Below, piece by piece: positions 18,506-28,814 of a DNA stretch of 64,000 nucleotides; the first letter of the stretch is position 1; every line of letters starts with the position of its first letter. The notes under the pieces were generated by a model, which was not told the DNA's origin, made no database searches, and saw only the letters and a list, made by a program, of their open reading frames with translations. A program made the translations under genes and the position numbers. Source of the DNA: a virus (lineage: Duplodnaviria; Heunggongvirae; Uroviricota; Caudoviricetes); IMG/VR virus record IMGVR_UViG_3300031760_000006, positions 91,127 to 155,126 of that record; one strand, 5' to 3'.

Positions 18506-18868
18506 CTATTTCTGTTCATTTGTTTCTTTTGTCTTTTTAGAATACTTCTGAGCAATTTTCTCAGCAGCTATCTGTTTGTTTACCTTATAACATAATCTGT
18601 TCCAAATTGAATCCCATCTCTGTAAAGGGAGTCGAGAATCCTTTTTATTCTGCTTAATTATTGCTTCAAGCTGTCGATCCTCATCTTTCCAATTTGCATA
18701 AGGACTTTTCTCATAAGAATAATTTTTTCCTTCTTCCCGGCGTTTGGCAAATCGTTCTAACCTTTTCTGATGTCTTTTCTGTTTTTTCTCTTTATTAATT
18801 CCTCTTCTGTTCTCTTGTTTATATCTTTCGTATCTCTTTTTGTTGCTAGGGTTTTTAATCTTTGCCAT
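18506..18868 (-). CDS. highly basic small protein (Lys/Arg-rich)
   Basis: 120 aa. Downstream of a consensus promoter at 18948..18976. Confidence 0.4.
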   Translation of the reverse strand: MAKIKNPSNKKRYERYKQENRRGINKEKKQKRHQKRLERFAKRREEGKNYSYEKSPYANWKDEDRQLEAIIKQNKKDSRLPLQRWDSIWNRLCYKVNKQIAAEKIAQKYSKKTKETNEQK

Positions 18869-18947
18869 AAAATCTCCTTTTATTTATATTTAATTTAATT
18901 AGTTACCACATTCCCACTATCAGGTCGCTCTTGACCTGAACAATGAC

Positions 18948-18976
18948 ATTATATCACATATTTTTAATTTTGTCAA
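18948..18976 (-). promoter_or_regulatory. sigma70-type promoter TTGACA-17-TATAAT (TG-extended)
   Basis: The minus strand reads TTGACAaaattaaaaatatgtgaTATAAT. Confidence 0.55.
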
Positions 18977-19005
18977 GTACTCAATTTTTGTTTCACTTAA
19001 GCGAT

Positions 19006-19365
19006 TCAAACAGGTGTATTCACATATGGTTTTTCAATTCTCTTCCAAGCAATTACTTTATACTTATCACTAAACGGGAGCGATCCGCATACTAAAGACC
19101 ACCATGTTCCGTTCCAATATAAATCCTCAATAGATTTATCTCCATTTTTTCTATTTAAAACTGTAGTCTTATATCTTCCCGACTTCTTTGGAACAGAGCC
19201 ATCAGTCATCCAATCTATATCAACTACTTCTTCTACTTCATCAAGAAGTCTTGCAACTTCCTTTTTCCATTCTTTTAAAAAAGCATTTAATTTCTGCTCT
19301 TCAAGCATTTTATAAACTGTTTCTGTTGTTAAGATATCAAGATTTTTTCTTAGTTCGTTTACCAT
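19006..19365 (-). CDS. hypothetical protein
   Basis: 119-aa ORF. Confidence 0.4.
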   Translation of the reverse strand: MVNELRKNLDILTTETVYKMLEEQKLNAFLKEWKKEVARLLDEVEEVVDIDWMTDGSVPKKSGRYKTTVLNRKNGDKSIEDLYWNGTWWSLVCGSLPFSDKYKVIAWKRIEKPYVNTPV

Positions 19366-19383
19366 GTGTAATCTCCTTTTGAT

Positions 19384-19917
19384 TTATTTATAATAAATTA
19401 ATTGGTTGTTTTGTTTTGCTAAAAATAATTTCTTCAACACTCTTGGCTGATATTTCTGAACTCGTTCAACATTAACCATTTCATTTTTTATTTTTCTTCT
19501 TTCAGCTAAAATATCTTTTCTCATCTTAATAATCATATAACCTTCTGAAGCTGAAAAGGTATTAAATTCTATAAAATGGTCAATATCTGTTAGCTCTTTA
19601 TCTAACTGGGATAATTTATCCTTTAATTTATCTTTTCTTACAATCATGCTTTGCTTTGAATTAATCTCCTCAATTGAAATTACATTGTCATGATTGTTAT
19701 TTTTAATTGCGGGTCTTTTCTCTTTCTTTTTTTCTTCTTTTTCAATTACTCGCAATCCTTTATTACGATAATTTTTAGGAAGATTCATCAATACATTATC
19801 TGCTTTAGTCTTAGTTATAAAACGTGTGGCTAAATTGCCATCTCTAGTAATATGAAAAGTATTTGTTTCTTTTCCCGCTAGATAATCTTCATTCTCGCTT
19901 TTTATAATGTAACACAT
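19384..19917 (-). CDS. hypothetical protein
   Basis: 177-aa ORF. Confidence 0.4.
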   Translation of the reverse strand: MCYIIKSENEDYLAGKETNTFHITRDGNLATRFITKTKADNVLMNLPKNYRNKGLRVIEKEEKKKEKRPAIKNNNHDNVISIEEINSKQSMIVRKDKLKDKLSQLDKELTDIDHFIEFNTFSASEGYMIIKMRKDILAERRKIKNEMVNVERVQKYQPRVLKKLFLAKQNNQLIYYK

Positions 19918-19942
19918 GATATACCTCCTTTAGCATTTTTAA

Positions 19943-21916
19943 TTACCTCACCATTTCTAAAAACTCATTCTCAGAAATAATCTGAACACCAAGTTCCTTT
20001 GCCTTCTTATTTTTTCCTGAAGTGGAATTTACATCGTTATTAATAAGATATGAAGTTTTTTTAGTGACTGAACCAGTTACCTTCCCACCTAAAGATTCAA
20101 TCAATTCTTTGACCTCTTCTCGATTCTTAAAACGATTTACTTTTCCAGTTACTACAAAAATCTTTCCTGAAAGATTAATAGAGTTATTCTCTTTTGCTTT
20201 ATCAACCTCTTTAAATTTCATATATCTAGCAAGATTGCTAATTTCTGCCTTTCTCTCTGTGGTAAAGTACTTCTTAATACTGTTATTCATTTCACTTCCA
20301 AAATTAGGAAGTACAAGCCAGTTATACCCATTAATAACTGCGTCCCAAAATGCACAAAATTCATATTTAAAATGCTTTGCAATTTCCTTACTAGCAGTTC
20401 TTCCAATCAACGGAATACTAAGTGAATAAATAAAACGGTCTAACGAACATTCTTTTGAAGATTCAATTGCCTTGAAAATATTTCTAGCACTCTGCGTTCC
20501 AAAACCGGGCATATTAATGATGTCTCTTTTATGCTGTGATAAATTATAAATATCTTCAAAACTGTTTAACCATTTTTTATCCATAAATTTCTTAATGGTT
20601 TCTTCAGACATACCTTTAATATCCATAGCATTTTTACTACAGAAGTGAACTAACTTTCCAAGTAATTTTCCTTGACAATCAGGTGAACAACAAATCAAAA
20701 CATCTGTTCCATTGTCATTAATTGTTGTAGTCCTCCCACCACAGATAGGGCATTTTCTAGGTACTTCAAATGCATTTTCTGGGTTCTCTTTCTTTACACT
20801 GTTTCTAATTTGAGGAATGATTTGATTTGCCTTGTAAACAGTTATCTTCTGTCCTTCATAAGGAGTTCCAAGTAAAGAGTTCATAACAGAGATATTATGT
20901 AAACTGGCTCTAGATACTTCCGTACCTTCAAGTTCAACGGTTTCGAAAACAGCAGTGGGACACAAGCTACCTGTTTTACCCATTGTCCATTCAATATTTA
21001 ATAAGGAAGTTTCTGCGTCTTCATCTTTTGGTTTCCATGCAATCCCGTTATTAAAATGATGTCCTGTTTTGCCTAATGATTTACCATAAGCAATATTATC
21101 ATACTTCCATACTACACCATCACAAGGCGTCTCACAAATTTCTGCGGCTTTGATAACTGCTTCATTCTCATTATTAATTTCTGTTTCTGACAAATCTTTT
21201 TTCTTAAGACTAACAAAATAAACCGTATTAAAACCAAGTTCTAAAGCTTCATTTAAATTATCTGTCATTGAATTACTTCTGCCACCTTCAATAACATCCC
21301 AAACTAAAAATGACAATTTGCGTTCCTTTACAATTTTTGTATCTAAAGAAGCAAGAGTACCAGCCGCAAGATTTCTCGGATTTTTAAATTCTCCTGTTTT
21401 ATTTATTGCTTCAAAATCATGATAATGTATTATTGCTTCTCCATCCACAATATAAGTTCCCTTCTTATTAATATGAAGGGGTACATTTTTAAACTGCTTT
21501 ATATGCTCAGTAATATCATTACCTTTTTCACCATTACCTCTAGTCTCCGCAGATACAAGTTCCCCATTTTTATACATAATAGAAACAGTTAATCCATCTG
21601 CCTTTACACTAATACACATATCTTTACCTTTAATAAAATTAATCAATTCTCTTGCGGAATGACATTTATCCAAGCTTAGCATCAGATGGTTATGAGTAAC
21701 TTCAGGTAAATAATTTAATGTTGTAGTTCCCACGTTAATAGTAGGAGAGTTACTAAGGGTTATTCCTGTTTCTTTTTCTAATCTCTGAAGTGCCTCAAAC
21801 CGTTTATCATATTCTGCATCAGACATAATAGGAACGCCAGTATTGTAATAATAATAATTTGCGTTATTTAAAGAATTAATTAATTTTCTCATTTGTTTGT
21901 TATTTAAATCCATCAT
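19943..21916 (-). CDS. ligA: NAD-dependent DNA ligase
   Basis: Adenylation site VKADGLTVSIMY (KxDG). Also MLSLDK, GTEVSRASLHN, the Cys4 zinc motif CPICGG...C..C, and a C-terminal BRCT-like region. 657 aa. Confidence 0.85.
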   Translation of the reverse strand: MMDLNNKQMRKLINSLNNANYYYYNTGVPIMSDAEYDKRFEALQRLEKETGITLSNSPTINVGTTTLNYLPEVTHNHLMLSLDKCHSARELINFIKGKDMCISVKADGLTVSIMYKNGELVSAETRGNGEKGNDITEHIKQFKNVPLHINKKGTYIVDGEAIIHYHDFEAINKTGEFKNPRNLAAGTLASLDTKIVKERKLSFLVWDVIEGGRSNSMTDNLNEALELGFNTVYFVSLKKKDLSETEINNENEAVIKAAEICETPCDGVVWKYDNIAYGKSLGKTGHHFNNGIAWKPKDEDAETSLLNIEWTMGKTGSLCPTAVFETVELEGTEVSRASLHNISVMNSLLGTPYEGQKITVYKANQIIPQIRNSVKKENPENAFEVPRKCPICGGRTTTINDNGTDVLICCSPDCQGKLLGKLVHFCSKNAMDIKGMSEETIKKFMDKKWLNSFEDIYNLSQHKRDIINMPGFGTQSARNIFKAIESSKECSLDRFIYSLSIPLIGRTASKEIAKHFKYEFCAFWDAVINGYNWLVLPNFGSEMNNSIKKYFTTERKAEISNLARYMKFKEVDKAKENNSINLSGKIFVVTGKVNRFKNREEVKELIESLGGKVTGSVTKKTSYLINNDVNSTSGKNKKAKELGVQIISENEFLEMVR

Positions 21917-21943
21917 TCTTATCTCCTTTATATTTTGTTTTGT

Positions 21944-22240
21944 TTATACACAATCAAAAGTAATAAAATCTTTATTTGAAAAATGTATTACTATTGCTTC
22001 TGTTTCTTTATATACCGTATCTTCATTATTGATACAAACACTAAGTTCTCCATCCGAATTCCAAAAAAGAAAATGGTCTCCTTTGGAATCACTTGCACAA
22101 GAAAAGTCCCAAGAATTAATTGTCAATCTAAAATTTCGATTCTTTTCATAATCGAAAACCTGAACAACAATCTTCTTATCATCAGCTGTAGCTAAAAAAT
22201 CAATTAATTCTTTTATCTTTTCGTTATTAGGCATAATCAT
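21944..22240 (-). CDS. hypothetical protein
   Basis: 98-aa ORF preceded by a TATAAT-like element and a hairpin. Confidence 0.35.
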   Translation of the reverse strand: MIMPNNEKIKELIDFLATADDKKIVVQVFDYEKNRNFRLTINSWDFSCASDSKGDHFLFWNSDGELSVCINNEDTVYKETEAIVIHFSNKDFITFDCV

Positions 22241-22315
22241 TCTCCTTTACTTATTATGTTATTATATTTTAGTTTTTAATTTAATTTACTAGTATCTAAA
22301 GAGGATTACTCCTCT

Positions 22316-23236
22316 TTATTTTATTAAGTAATCTTGATATTTTCTTTTAAAAATAGATGGGATAATATTACATCCATATTGATGTTCAACTTCAAATAAG
22401 TACCGATTGATATATTCTTCTCCTGTAATGCCACGTTCTTTTGCCTTGATATTAACCATATGAATTTTTCCTGATTCAATAATGGTATTAATCGTATGCC
22501 ATTTACCAATTCCAATATAATCCAGCACTCTTACCATCAAATGATAAATTTTTCTTCCTTTAGAAAACTCACTAAATTGTCTAGCAGGTGGTACAAATCT
22601 AACAACTGTATCACTAGGTATATAAGGCAGTATCCTGTTTGAGCCAAATTTCAAAGGAATATACTGGTCTTCAACTATACTCTCTTCCGCTAAATTTATT
22701 AGTTCCCTTGAAACAAAAACTGTTCGGTCAGAAAGAGTCACAGTTTGATTTTCAATATCAAAATCTTCCATTCTAAGATTGGTTAAATCAGAATAATCTT
22801 TGTTCCTTCCAACCTCAAAGAAATACAAGATTACAAATTTATCCCTAGCATTTGGCAAAATACGAGATAAACTAATTAATTCTTCTCTTGAAATAATACT
22901 GTTATCCATTGCCATTTTGTTAAGACAACTATAAATCGCATCCATAGATACTTCAAGATAATGGTTTTGTCCATCCGGGACTAAATTCTGTTCTAAGCAC
23001 CATTGAGTATATAAAGAATAAGCAGAGTTCCGTACATTCAAAGCATCAAAGGAACGTAAATTAAACAACTTGTAACATTCCATTATCTCAAAAGCAGTAA
23101 ACTGAGACAAATCTTTTTGTTTCTCTTCTTCATATTTTTCCATGTAATTAAACAATCTCTTTAAATAATTATTAGCGACTATTGTCGTTTCTTCTTTTGC
23201 GTTGATATATCTTTCCTTTTGCTCTTGATTAAACAT
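22316..23236 (-). CDS. hypothetical protein, possibly a degenerate tyrosine-recombinase-like protein
   Basis: 306 aa. Weak resemblance to an integrase SAM-like N-terminus and an HxxxR...Y pattern near the C-terminus. Not secure. Confidence 0.2.
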   Translation of the reverse strand: MFNQEQKERYINAKEETTIVANNYLKRLFNYMEKYEEEKQKDLSQFTAFEIMECYKLFNLRSFDALNVRNSAYSLYTQWCLEQNLVPDGQNHYLEVSMDAIYSCLNKMAMDNSIISREELISLSRILPNARDKFVILYFFEVGRNKDYSDLTNLRMEDFDIENQTVTLSDRTVFVSRELINLAEESIVEDQYIPLKFGSNRILPYIPSDTVVRFVPPARQFSEFSKGRKIYHLMVRVLDYIGIGKWHTINTIIESGKIHMVNIKAKERGITGEEYINRYLFEVEHQYGCNIIPSIFKRKYQDYLIK

Positions 23237-23237
23237 T

Positions 23238-24518
23238 TTAAATCACCTCCTCAATCAATTTACAAAAATCTTCTTTTAAAGATTTAGTTACTTGTTTTCT
23301 TTTTACCTTTCTATTATCAATTCTAGATAAATTATTTAAAACGTGTTCTACTGTCTCTCCTAGTTTTTTTGATTCCGTTTTATCAGAATTTAAGAAGTAA
23401 TTAAAAGTACATAATACTCCAAGCAATTCTGCATAAGAATATTTCTTGGTAAAATATTTCTCATCATATTCAGTTAATAAGTTAAAGCATTCCGTTAAAT
23501 GTTTTTCAATTCGAACAACTTCTTTCATTTTATTTTTATTTGTAACATCAGTAAAGTAAAGAGATTTTATTATCATTGCCATTTCAGCAAAAGGAATGTT
23601 CCCTTCATTCCTACTAATAGTTCCCTTAATATTACATCTTGAATCTTCATTTAATCTGGTGACGGTCATAACAGCGGTATCATCGACATTAAAAGAATCA
23701 GAATTAATCTTAGACATCTTTGTCTTTTGGTCTTTTTGGAAGATATATCTCTGAGCTTTCTCTTGATTATAATTAGTAATTCTCAATTCCATTTCATAAT
23801 TAAAATCAGGATTCAAATCCATAATCTGAGATAAAGCTATGTACCGATGATACCCATCAATAATATCAAAAGTTTTTAAAGATTTGATAATCAATCGACA
23901 GGTATCATCATCATAATAGAAATCTGCTTCGCTTTCAAAAGGTATGTTTAATGTTAAATCATCAGAAATATAAGTTCCGTTCTTAAAAGCATTAGATATC
24001 TCTTTTATTGCTTTTCTATTTAACTTTATTTTGAAAAACTCTTTATCACCACGAATTATCTTTTGCATTGTTCGTTGAGTATTTTCGTTATAAGCTATGA
24101 GTTGATTCTTTCTTAATTCCATTAATGTCTTAGCATCAATTCTGCCAATCCACTGGTCATTATTAATATTACTAACTCGAATCATTTTAAAGACCAATGG
24201 GAATTTAATGGAAGAGGTTTTATATTTTGCCTTTGAATATGTTTCAATTTCTATTTCGGAAAAATATGATTTAGTTATATTTTTAGCTTCGAGCGTTTTA
24301 ACGCATCCTTGGAATAAAATGAAGAGAATAAATTCAGAAGCTTCTGATAACGATTGTCTTTTGCCTATGTAATCTGCGGTCAAAGACCGGGGGATGTTGT
24401 AGTTGGTAAAGCAATAGTTACAGATAGCTTCTGTTTTCTCTTTGTCTAAGTTAATATTTGTTAAATGGGTTTGTATATTGTTTTCAAGTGACGCCCTGTC
24501 TTTTAACATTGGACTCAT
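23238..24518 (-). CDS. ParB/Srx-fold (DGQHR/DndB-like) domain protein
   Basis: The motif FDIIDGYHRYIAL matches the DGxHR signature of ParB-nuclease/DGQHR domains. 426 aa. Confidence 0.4.
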   Translation of the reverse strand: MSPMLKDRASLENNIQTHLTNINLDKEKTEAICNYCFTNYNIPRSLTADYIGKRQSLSEASEFILFILFQGCVKTLEAKNITKSYFSEIEIETYSKAKYKTSSIKFPLVFKMIRVSNINNDQWIGRIDAKTLMELRKNQLIAYNENTQRTMQKIIRGDKEFFKIKLNRKAIKEISNAFKNGTYISDDLTLNIPFESEADFYYDDDTCRLIIKSLKTFDIIDGYHRYIALSQIMDLNPDFNYEMELRITNYNQEKAQRYIFQKDQKTKMSKINSDSFNVDDTAVMTVTRLNEDSRCNIKGTISRNEGNIPFAEMAMIIKSLYFTDVTNKNKMKEVVRIEKHLTECFNLLTEYDEKYFTKKYSYAELLGVLCTFNYFLNSDKTESKKLGETVEHVLNNLSRIDNRKVKRKQVTKSLKEDFCKLIEEVI

Positions 24519-24567
24519 CTCCTTTCTATTTAAATTTTATTATAATTTAATCTGTTAAAAAAGTCAA

Positions 24568-25554
24568 TTAAATATTAATTAATGCACCCATAATTGCGGA
24601 TGCTTCTTCCGTTTTATTTTTCTGACCTCTAATATACCTTTCTGTTGTTGTAGGACTTGCATGACTCATACATTCCTGTACGAAATAAATATCTTTTGTA
24701 GCATTGTATAACTGTGTTCCATACGTTGCTCTAAGTTTATGAGGAGTAATATTTTTTCCTTCAATATTTTCACCATATTTTTTAACGAGTTTATAAATTG
24801 CGGCCTGACTCATACGCTTTTTATTATTCGAAATAAACAATGCAGTTTCTTCTACATTTTCTAATAATTCTTTTCTTTTTACTGCCCATTCTTTAATCAA
24901 ATAAATAGTTTTTGAATTTAATTTATGCTCTTTTATTTTTCCACCTTTCTCTATAATTGTTAATACTTCTTTTTGAAAGTCAATATTAGACACATCTAAT
25001 TTAAATAAAGCCGCACATCTAATACCAGTGTTTAAAAAAATCGCCATTATAGCTTTATCTCTTTCTTTCCAATTTTTTTGTCTATTTTTAGCTCGGTTTG
25101 TTCCAACACCTGTTTCAATATTAGTTAAGAATTTTAATATTTCATCTTCTTCTAAAAAAGCTTTTTCTCTTTTTTGCATTGTTTCAATATTTTCTTTAAA
25201 TTTAGGTCTTTCAATATACTGCATATAATCTCGCTCACAAAATTCATTTGCCTTCAAATATTTTGAAAACTTTTTTAAAGCAGAATAACATAAAATTTGA
25301 TAAGATGAAGTAGTATCACATAATCCACTTAAAAAATAAGTATAATCATCGAACTCTATATTTCGATAATCTTTGTTAATTTTCTTTAAGAAGTTAGCGG
25401 TTACTTGAACATAATCATAGATTGTTGTTGGAGCAAGAGACGAACTTAAATAATATTTAAAGCTTTTTAAAATCTTTTCATTTTCATTATTATTATCAAT
25501 TAATAAATCTGCTTTTTTTCTATAAATATCTTTATAATAATTAATTCCATTCAT
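24568..25554 (-). CDS. tyrosine recombinase / phage integrase
   Basis: The C-terminal HKLRATYGTQL...SHASPTTTERYIRG carries the R..HxxR..Y catalytic pattern. Confidence 0.75.
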   Translation of the reverse strand: MNGINYYKDIYRKKADLLIDNNNENEKILKSFKYYLSSSLAPTTIYDYVQVTANFLKKINKDYRNIEFDDYTYFLSGLCDTTSSYQILCYSALKKFSKYLKANEFCERDYMQYIERPKFKENIETMQKREKAFLEEDEILKFLTNIETGVGTNRAKNRQKNWKERDKAIMAIFLNTGIRCAALFKLDVSNIDFQKEVLTIIEKGGKIKEHKLNSKTIYLIKEWAVKRKELLENVEETALFISNNKKRMSQAAIYKLVKKYGENIEGKNITPHKLRATYGTQLYNATKDIYFVQECMSHASPTTTERYIRGQKNKTEEASAIMGALINI

Positions 25555-25569
25555 AATAATGAAACCTCC

Positions 25570-25797
25570 TTATATTATTCCTTCAAGATTATCTATAATA
25601 TCTTGCATTGTATCACAACTTTCATTTAAGGTTTCTATTGCTTCTTCAGATTGCTCCCCAATTATTGAAGATTGTAAATTTTCTGGAATTGACTCAAACG
25701 CCTCTTCTTCTTCATCTCTTACTTCTTCTATTTGACTAACAATAATATTTAAGTTGGTAATAATATGATTTATTTTTTTTCTTCTAACATTATTCAT
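25570..25797 (-). CDS. small acidic protein
   Basis: 75-aa ORF. Confidence 0.35.
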   Translation of the reverse strand: MNNVRRKKINHIITNLNIIVSQIEEVRDEEEEAFESIPENLQSSIIGEQSEEAIETLNESCDTMQDIIDNLEGII

Positions 25798-26374
25798 TTA
25801 TCATTCCTCCATATAATAAATATTCTTTCTTAGTAATTTGCTCCATTTTTTCAGGTTCTGTTTGAATTTGGCTATCAAAAAAACCTAACCAATAATAAAT
25901 TCCATTGTCTATAATATTACTATTTTGAATATGTTTTGAAGCAGGAATATGTCTTGTAGCTTCTAATTGATAAAACCGACCAGTATCAATTTCTATCCCT
26001 ATATAAACTAAACATAAATACCAATCTCCTACTTGTTTTTGATTTATTGTTGTAATTATTTTTCCTTTTTTCTCTTTATTTTTTATTTTTTGCCATTCTA
26101 TTTTTCTTTTTTCGTGGGATATATTTAAAAATATTTCTGAAATATTATCTGCACTTACAATTAATAAATCCCCATTTTTATCATGTAACATCGCACAAGG
26201 CTTATCATTGTTAACATAATAAGATTTTCCTTTAGAATCATAATAAATAAATCCATTATTGCTCATTGCTTTCTTTTTACTTTTTTTTGCAATTTTACGA
26301 TTATTATTATTATCAGCAGTTTGCCAAAATATTATAAAAATTATAGCTACAATAAAAAGAATTATTTGTATCAC
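25790..26374 (-). CDS. membrane-anchored hypothetical protein (N-terminal TM helix)
   Basis: The N-terminus MIQIILFIVAIIFIIFW is hydrophobic. 194 aa. Confidence 0.4.
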   Translation of the reverse strand: MIQIILFIVAIIFIIFWQTADNNNNRKIAKKSKKKAMSNNGFIYYDSKGKSYYVNNDKPCAMLHDKNGDLLIVSADNISEIFLNISHEKRKIEWQKIKNKEKKGKIITTINQKQVGDWYLCLVYIGIEIDTGRFYQLEATRHIPASKHIQNSNIIDNGIYYWLGFFDSQIQTEPEKMEQITKKEYLLYGGMINE

Positions 26375-26390
26375 CCCCGTATTTTTATTT

Positions 26391-26612
26391 TTATATTATA
26401 ATTTTTCCTTCAATAAACTTCCTAGTACAACAACACCTCGGACACCACAAATCTTTAATATGTCCTCTCTTTCTCTGTTTACCTTTCGGTCTTGGCAATG
26501 GCATAATCATTCCACATTCAGGACAAACAAAATTTGATATTAAATAAGCTTTCCTCTTGTGCAAACTACATTCCTCCTCTAACATATTACCACAAATTTG
26601 CTTTTTTGTCAA
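26391..26612 (-). CDS. small zinc-ribbon protein
   Basis: Contains CPECG...CPRCCC. Confidence 0.35.
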   Translation of the reverse strand: MTKKQICGNMLEEECSLHKRKAYLISNFVCPECGMIMPLPRPKGKQRKRGHIKDLWCPRCCCTRKFIEGKIII

Positions 26613-26693
26613 TTGTTTTTTTAATTTAGTGAACTATAATTTGTTTTGATTCGTGTCCTTAGAATCCTACCACCAAGGACACGAACCTATTCC

Positions 26694-26942
26694 TCAATAC
26701 ACAGCATTAATCAAAAATAACTCATCAATATTTTCTCCTCCGTTAATGACAGCATATTTTTTTTCACCATCAATAAAAGAAGAACGATTATCATTTAAAT
26801 GTTCTAATAATTTTTTACGGTAAATATAAGCCAGCTTTTCTTTCGCCTCGTTTTCTTCTTCGTCTGTAAAAACATAAGCTTTTGGCTCGGTAATGTTGTT
26901 ATAATGCATCACAATTTTCATTTCACTATTACCTCCAAACAC
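26694..26942 (-). CDS. hypothetical protein
   Basis: 82-aa ORF. Confidence 0.35.
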   Translation of the reverse strand: MFGGNSEMKIVMHYNNITEPKAYVFTDEEENEAKEKLAYIYRKKLLEHLNDNRSSFIDGEKKYAVINGGENIDELFLINAVY

Positions 26943-27026
26943 ATGTTCTTGTAGTTATCTACAAGTGTTATACCATATGTTGTAGGTAATTTCAAGCAGA
27001 AAATACAAACATTTGTTTGGCTTTTA

Positions 27027-27461
27027 TCAAGCTCCCTTAACCCAGTAATTACCAACGCATCCACCATATTTAACACAATCCCAAATATCATAATTCTTTC
27101 CATCTTTTACAACAGATAAATGATTTGCCATATTAATGATATAAGTACCTTTCTTATGCGTTTTTACAAAATCAGCGACCGTATATTTAGTTCCGTCTGA
27201 ATGCTTTAACTGTGGTTTTTTAACCCAGCCTTTCTTTTCAAGAAATCTTTCAATTCCTTTTTTATCATTTAATGCGTAACCAGTTTCACACATTAATTTT
27301 GCTGTATCCATCACTACCTCGTTATAAGGCATATCCAAAGCTAAACTAAAAGCCCTGAATACACAGTCGGTTGTGATCCTGTTTCTCGGATTTGCGTTAT
27401 AAAGAACAAATGTATCTGTATCTGGGTATTTCTCTCTACGAGTTCTTCTTTTTCTTGGCAT
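27027..27461 (-). CDS. hypothetical protein with a Cys...His pattern reminiscent of a papain-fold (CHAP/NlpC-like) peptidase
   Basis: Start trimmed to MPRKRR, which has an AAGGAGA RBS. DCVFRAF and NHLSVV are the candidate catalytic Cys and His. Weak. Confidence 0.3.
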   Translation of the reverse strand: MPRKRRTRREKYPDTDTFVLYNANPRNRITTDCVFRAFSLALDMPYNEVVMDTAKLMCETGYALNDKKGIERFLEKKGWVKKPQLKHSDGTKYTVADFVKTHKKGTYIINMANHLSVVKDGKNYDIWDCVKYGGCVGNYWVKGA

Positions 27462-27471
27462 ATACTTCTCC

Positions 27472-27846
27472 TTAAAATCCGAAACTGGTTTTTGTTTTGA
27501 TAATTGCTTCCTTTGCATCATCGGTTAAAACAACCGTAAACGCTTTGCTTTCTCTTTTTACATCATCCCTTTCTACTGAACGTAAATCCCAACCAGAAGA
27601 TTTACGTTCAATCATATACTGGGTACTCATTGGCCTTCCTTTGTATGCATTGGGGAAATTCTCAGCATGATGGTCAATAAAAGCCTTGATTCCAACCATA
27701 TGCATTTTAGGGATGTCTAATTCACGTTCCAAACATTTAATGTCTTTTACGATTGTTTTATAATCAATAGTACGAACTCTTGCTCTGCCTTCTGCCTTAG
27801 TAATAAATTCTTCAATCTTCTCTTTATTGGACTCTCTAATAATCAT
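27472..27846 (-). CDS. hypothetical protein
   Basis: 124-aa ORF. Confidence 0.4.
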   Translation of the reverse strand: MIIRESNKEKIEEFITKAEGRARVRTIDYKTIVKDIKCLERELDIPKMHMVGIKAFIDHHAENFPNAYKGRPMSTQYMIERKSSGWDLRSVERDDVKRESKAFTVVLTDDAKEAIIKTKTSFGF

Positions 27847-27862
27847 TTGCGTTCCTCCTTTA

Positions 27863-28372
27863 TTATTTGTTATTCTTTAATTTAAACACTTCATCTCGTG
27901 CATCTTCAAGTTTCTGCTCGTTTTCTTCAATATATTTATTGTAACGGTCTAAATCCTCTTTAAGTTTATCAATCTTTTTCTGAACTTCGGCAATGTCATC
28001 GTTGTACCATTTAATGCTTCGCTTACTATAAAATATTGTTCTTCTTAAATCTCCATAGTGACTATTAGGTACACATCTATCAAGGTAATTTCTTTTACAT
28101 TTTAAGAAATTCACAAAATCTACTTTCTTAAAATCGTATGTCTTAATAGGAGAACCCCAGTTAAACAGCATCTTTTTATTAGTGCTGTATCCCTTGCTGA
28201 AACAAACCATTTTTCCTGTTTCATTATTTTTTACTGACCAGCAATCATAATCACTATAATCAGAATTAAATACAGTATATCCAAGCTGCTCTAAAATTTC
28301 CTTATATTTAGGTTCCCTTTTGAGTTTAGTGCTGATTGTCTTGTAAATCATTTCATTAATTGTTAATGCCAT
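27863..28372 (-). CDS. hypothetical protein
   Basis: 169-aa ORF. Confidence 0.4.
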   Translation of the reverse strand: MALTINEMIYKTISTKLKREPKYKEILEQLGYTVFNSDYSDYDCWSVKNNETGKMVCFSKGYSTNKKMLFNWGSPIKTYDFKKVDFVNFLKCKRNYLDRCVPNSHYGDLRRTIFYSKRSIKWYNDDIAEVQKKIDKLKEDLDRYNKYIEENEQKLEDARDEVFKLKNNK

Positions 28373-28453
28373 AGTATTATCTCCTTTTCATTTAATATTA
28401 TTTCTTATTACTATCCCACCTTTGGGAGCAATTTTTGGTTCACATCTTTTCAA

Positions 28454-28744
28454 TTAATTTCGCTTATAAAGATACGCCTTTTGAAGTTCATCCCAAGCTT
28501 TGGACATCAATTTTGCATATTCATAAACCATCATACAATGCTCGTAATCATTTCTCTCTGGAATTTTCCTAGTTCTACTTTCAATAGAATCAAGTATCTT
28601 TTTCATCGACTCGCATGAATTAACAATATGGATTTTGCTATTTCTTGTAAGTCTTTCATACCGGGGCAGGTCAGCTTCTTCCTGTAAAGATAAATTCCTA
28701 ATTCCATAATATTCAGATATGTTTTTTATTTCTCTTTTTAACAT
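28454..28744 (-). CDS. hypothetical protein
   Basis: 96-aa ORF. Confidence 0.35.
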   Translation of the reverse strand: MLKREIKNISEYYGIRNLSLQEEADLPRYERLTRNSKIHIVNSCESMKKILDSIESRTRKIPERNDYEHCMMVYEYAKLMSKAWDELQKAYLYKRN

Positions 28745-28814
28745 TGTTTCACACCCCCTTTAATTAAATTATACCCGTTCCATCGGTATACTTTATATGC
28801 CTTCGTTACTGCCA

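Noticed and set aside
22298-22317. Hairpin AAAGAGGA-TTAC-TCCTCTTT followed by a T-run on the plus strand, as a plus-strand terminator.
   Set aside because: All flanking genes are on the minus strand and the hairpin overlaps the stop codon of 22316..23236. The stem is weak with only 3 GC pairs. At best it is a bidirectional attenuator.
26651-26684. 10-bp GC-rich hairpin TCGTGTCCTT...AAGGACACGA between 26391..26612 and 26694..26942, as a terminator.
   Set aside because: No U-run follows on either strand. The function is uncertain, perhaps an RNA processing site, so it is not listed as a terminator.
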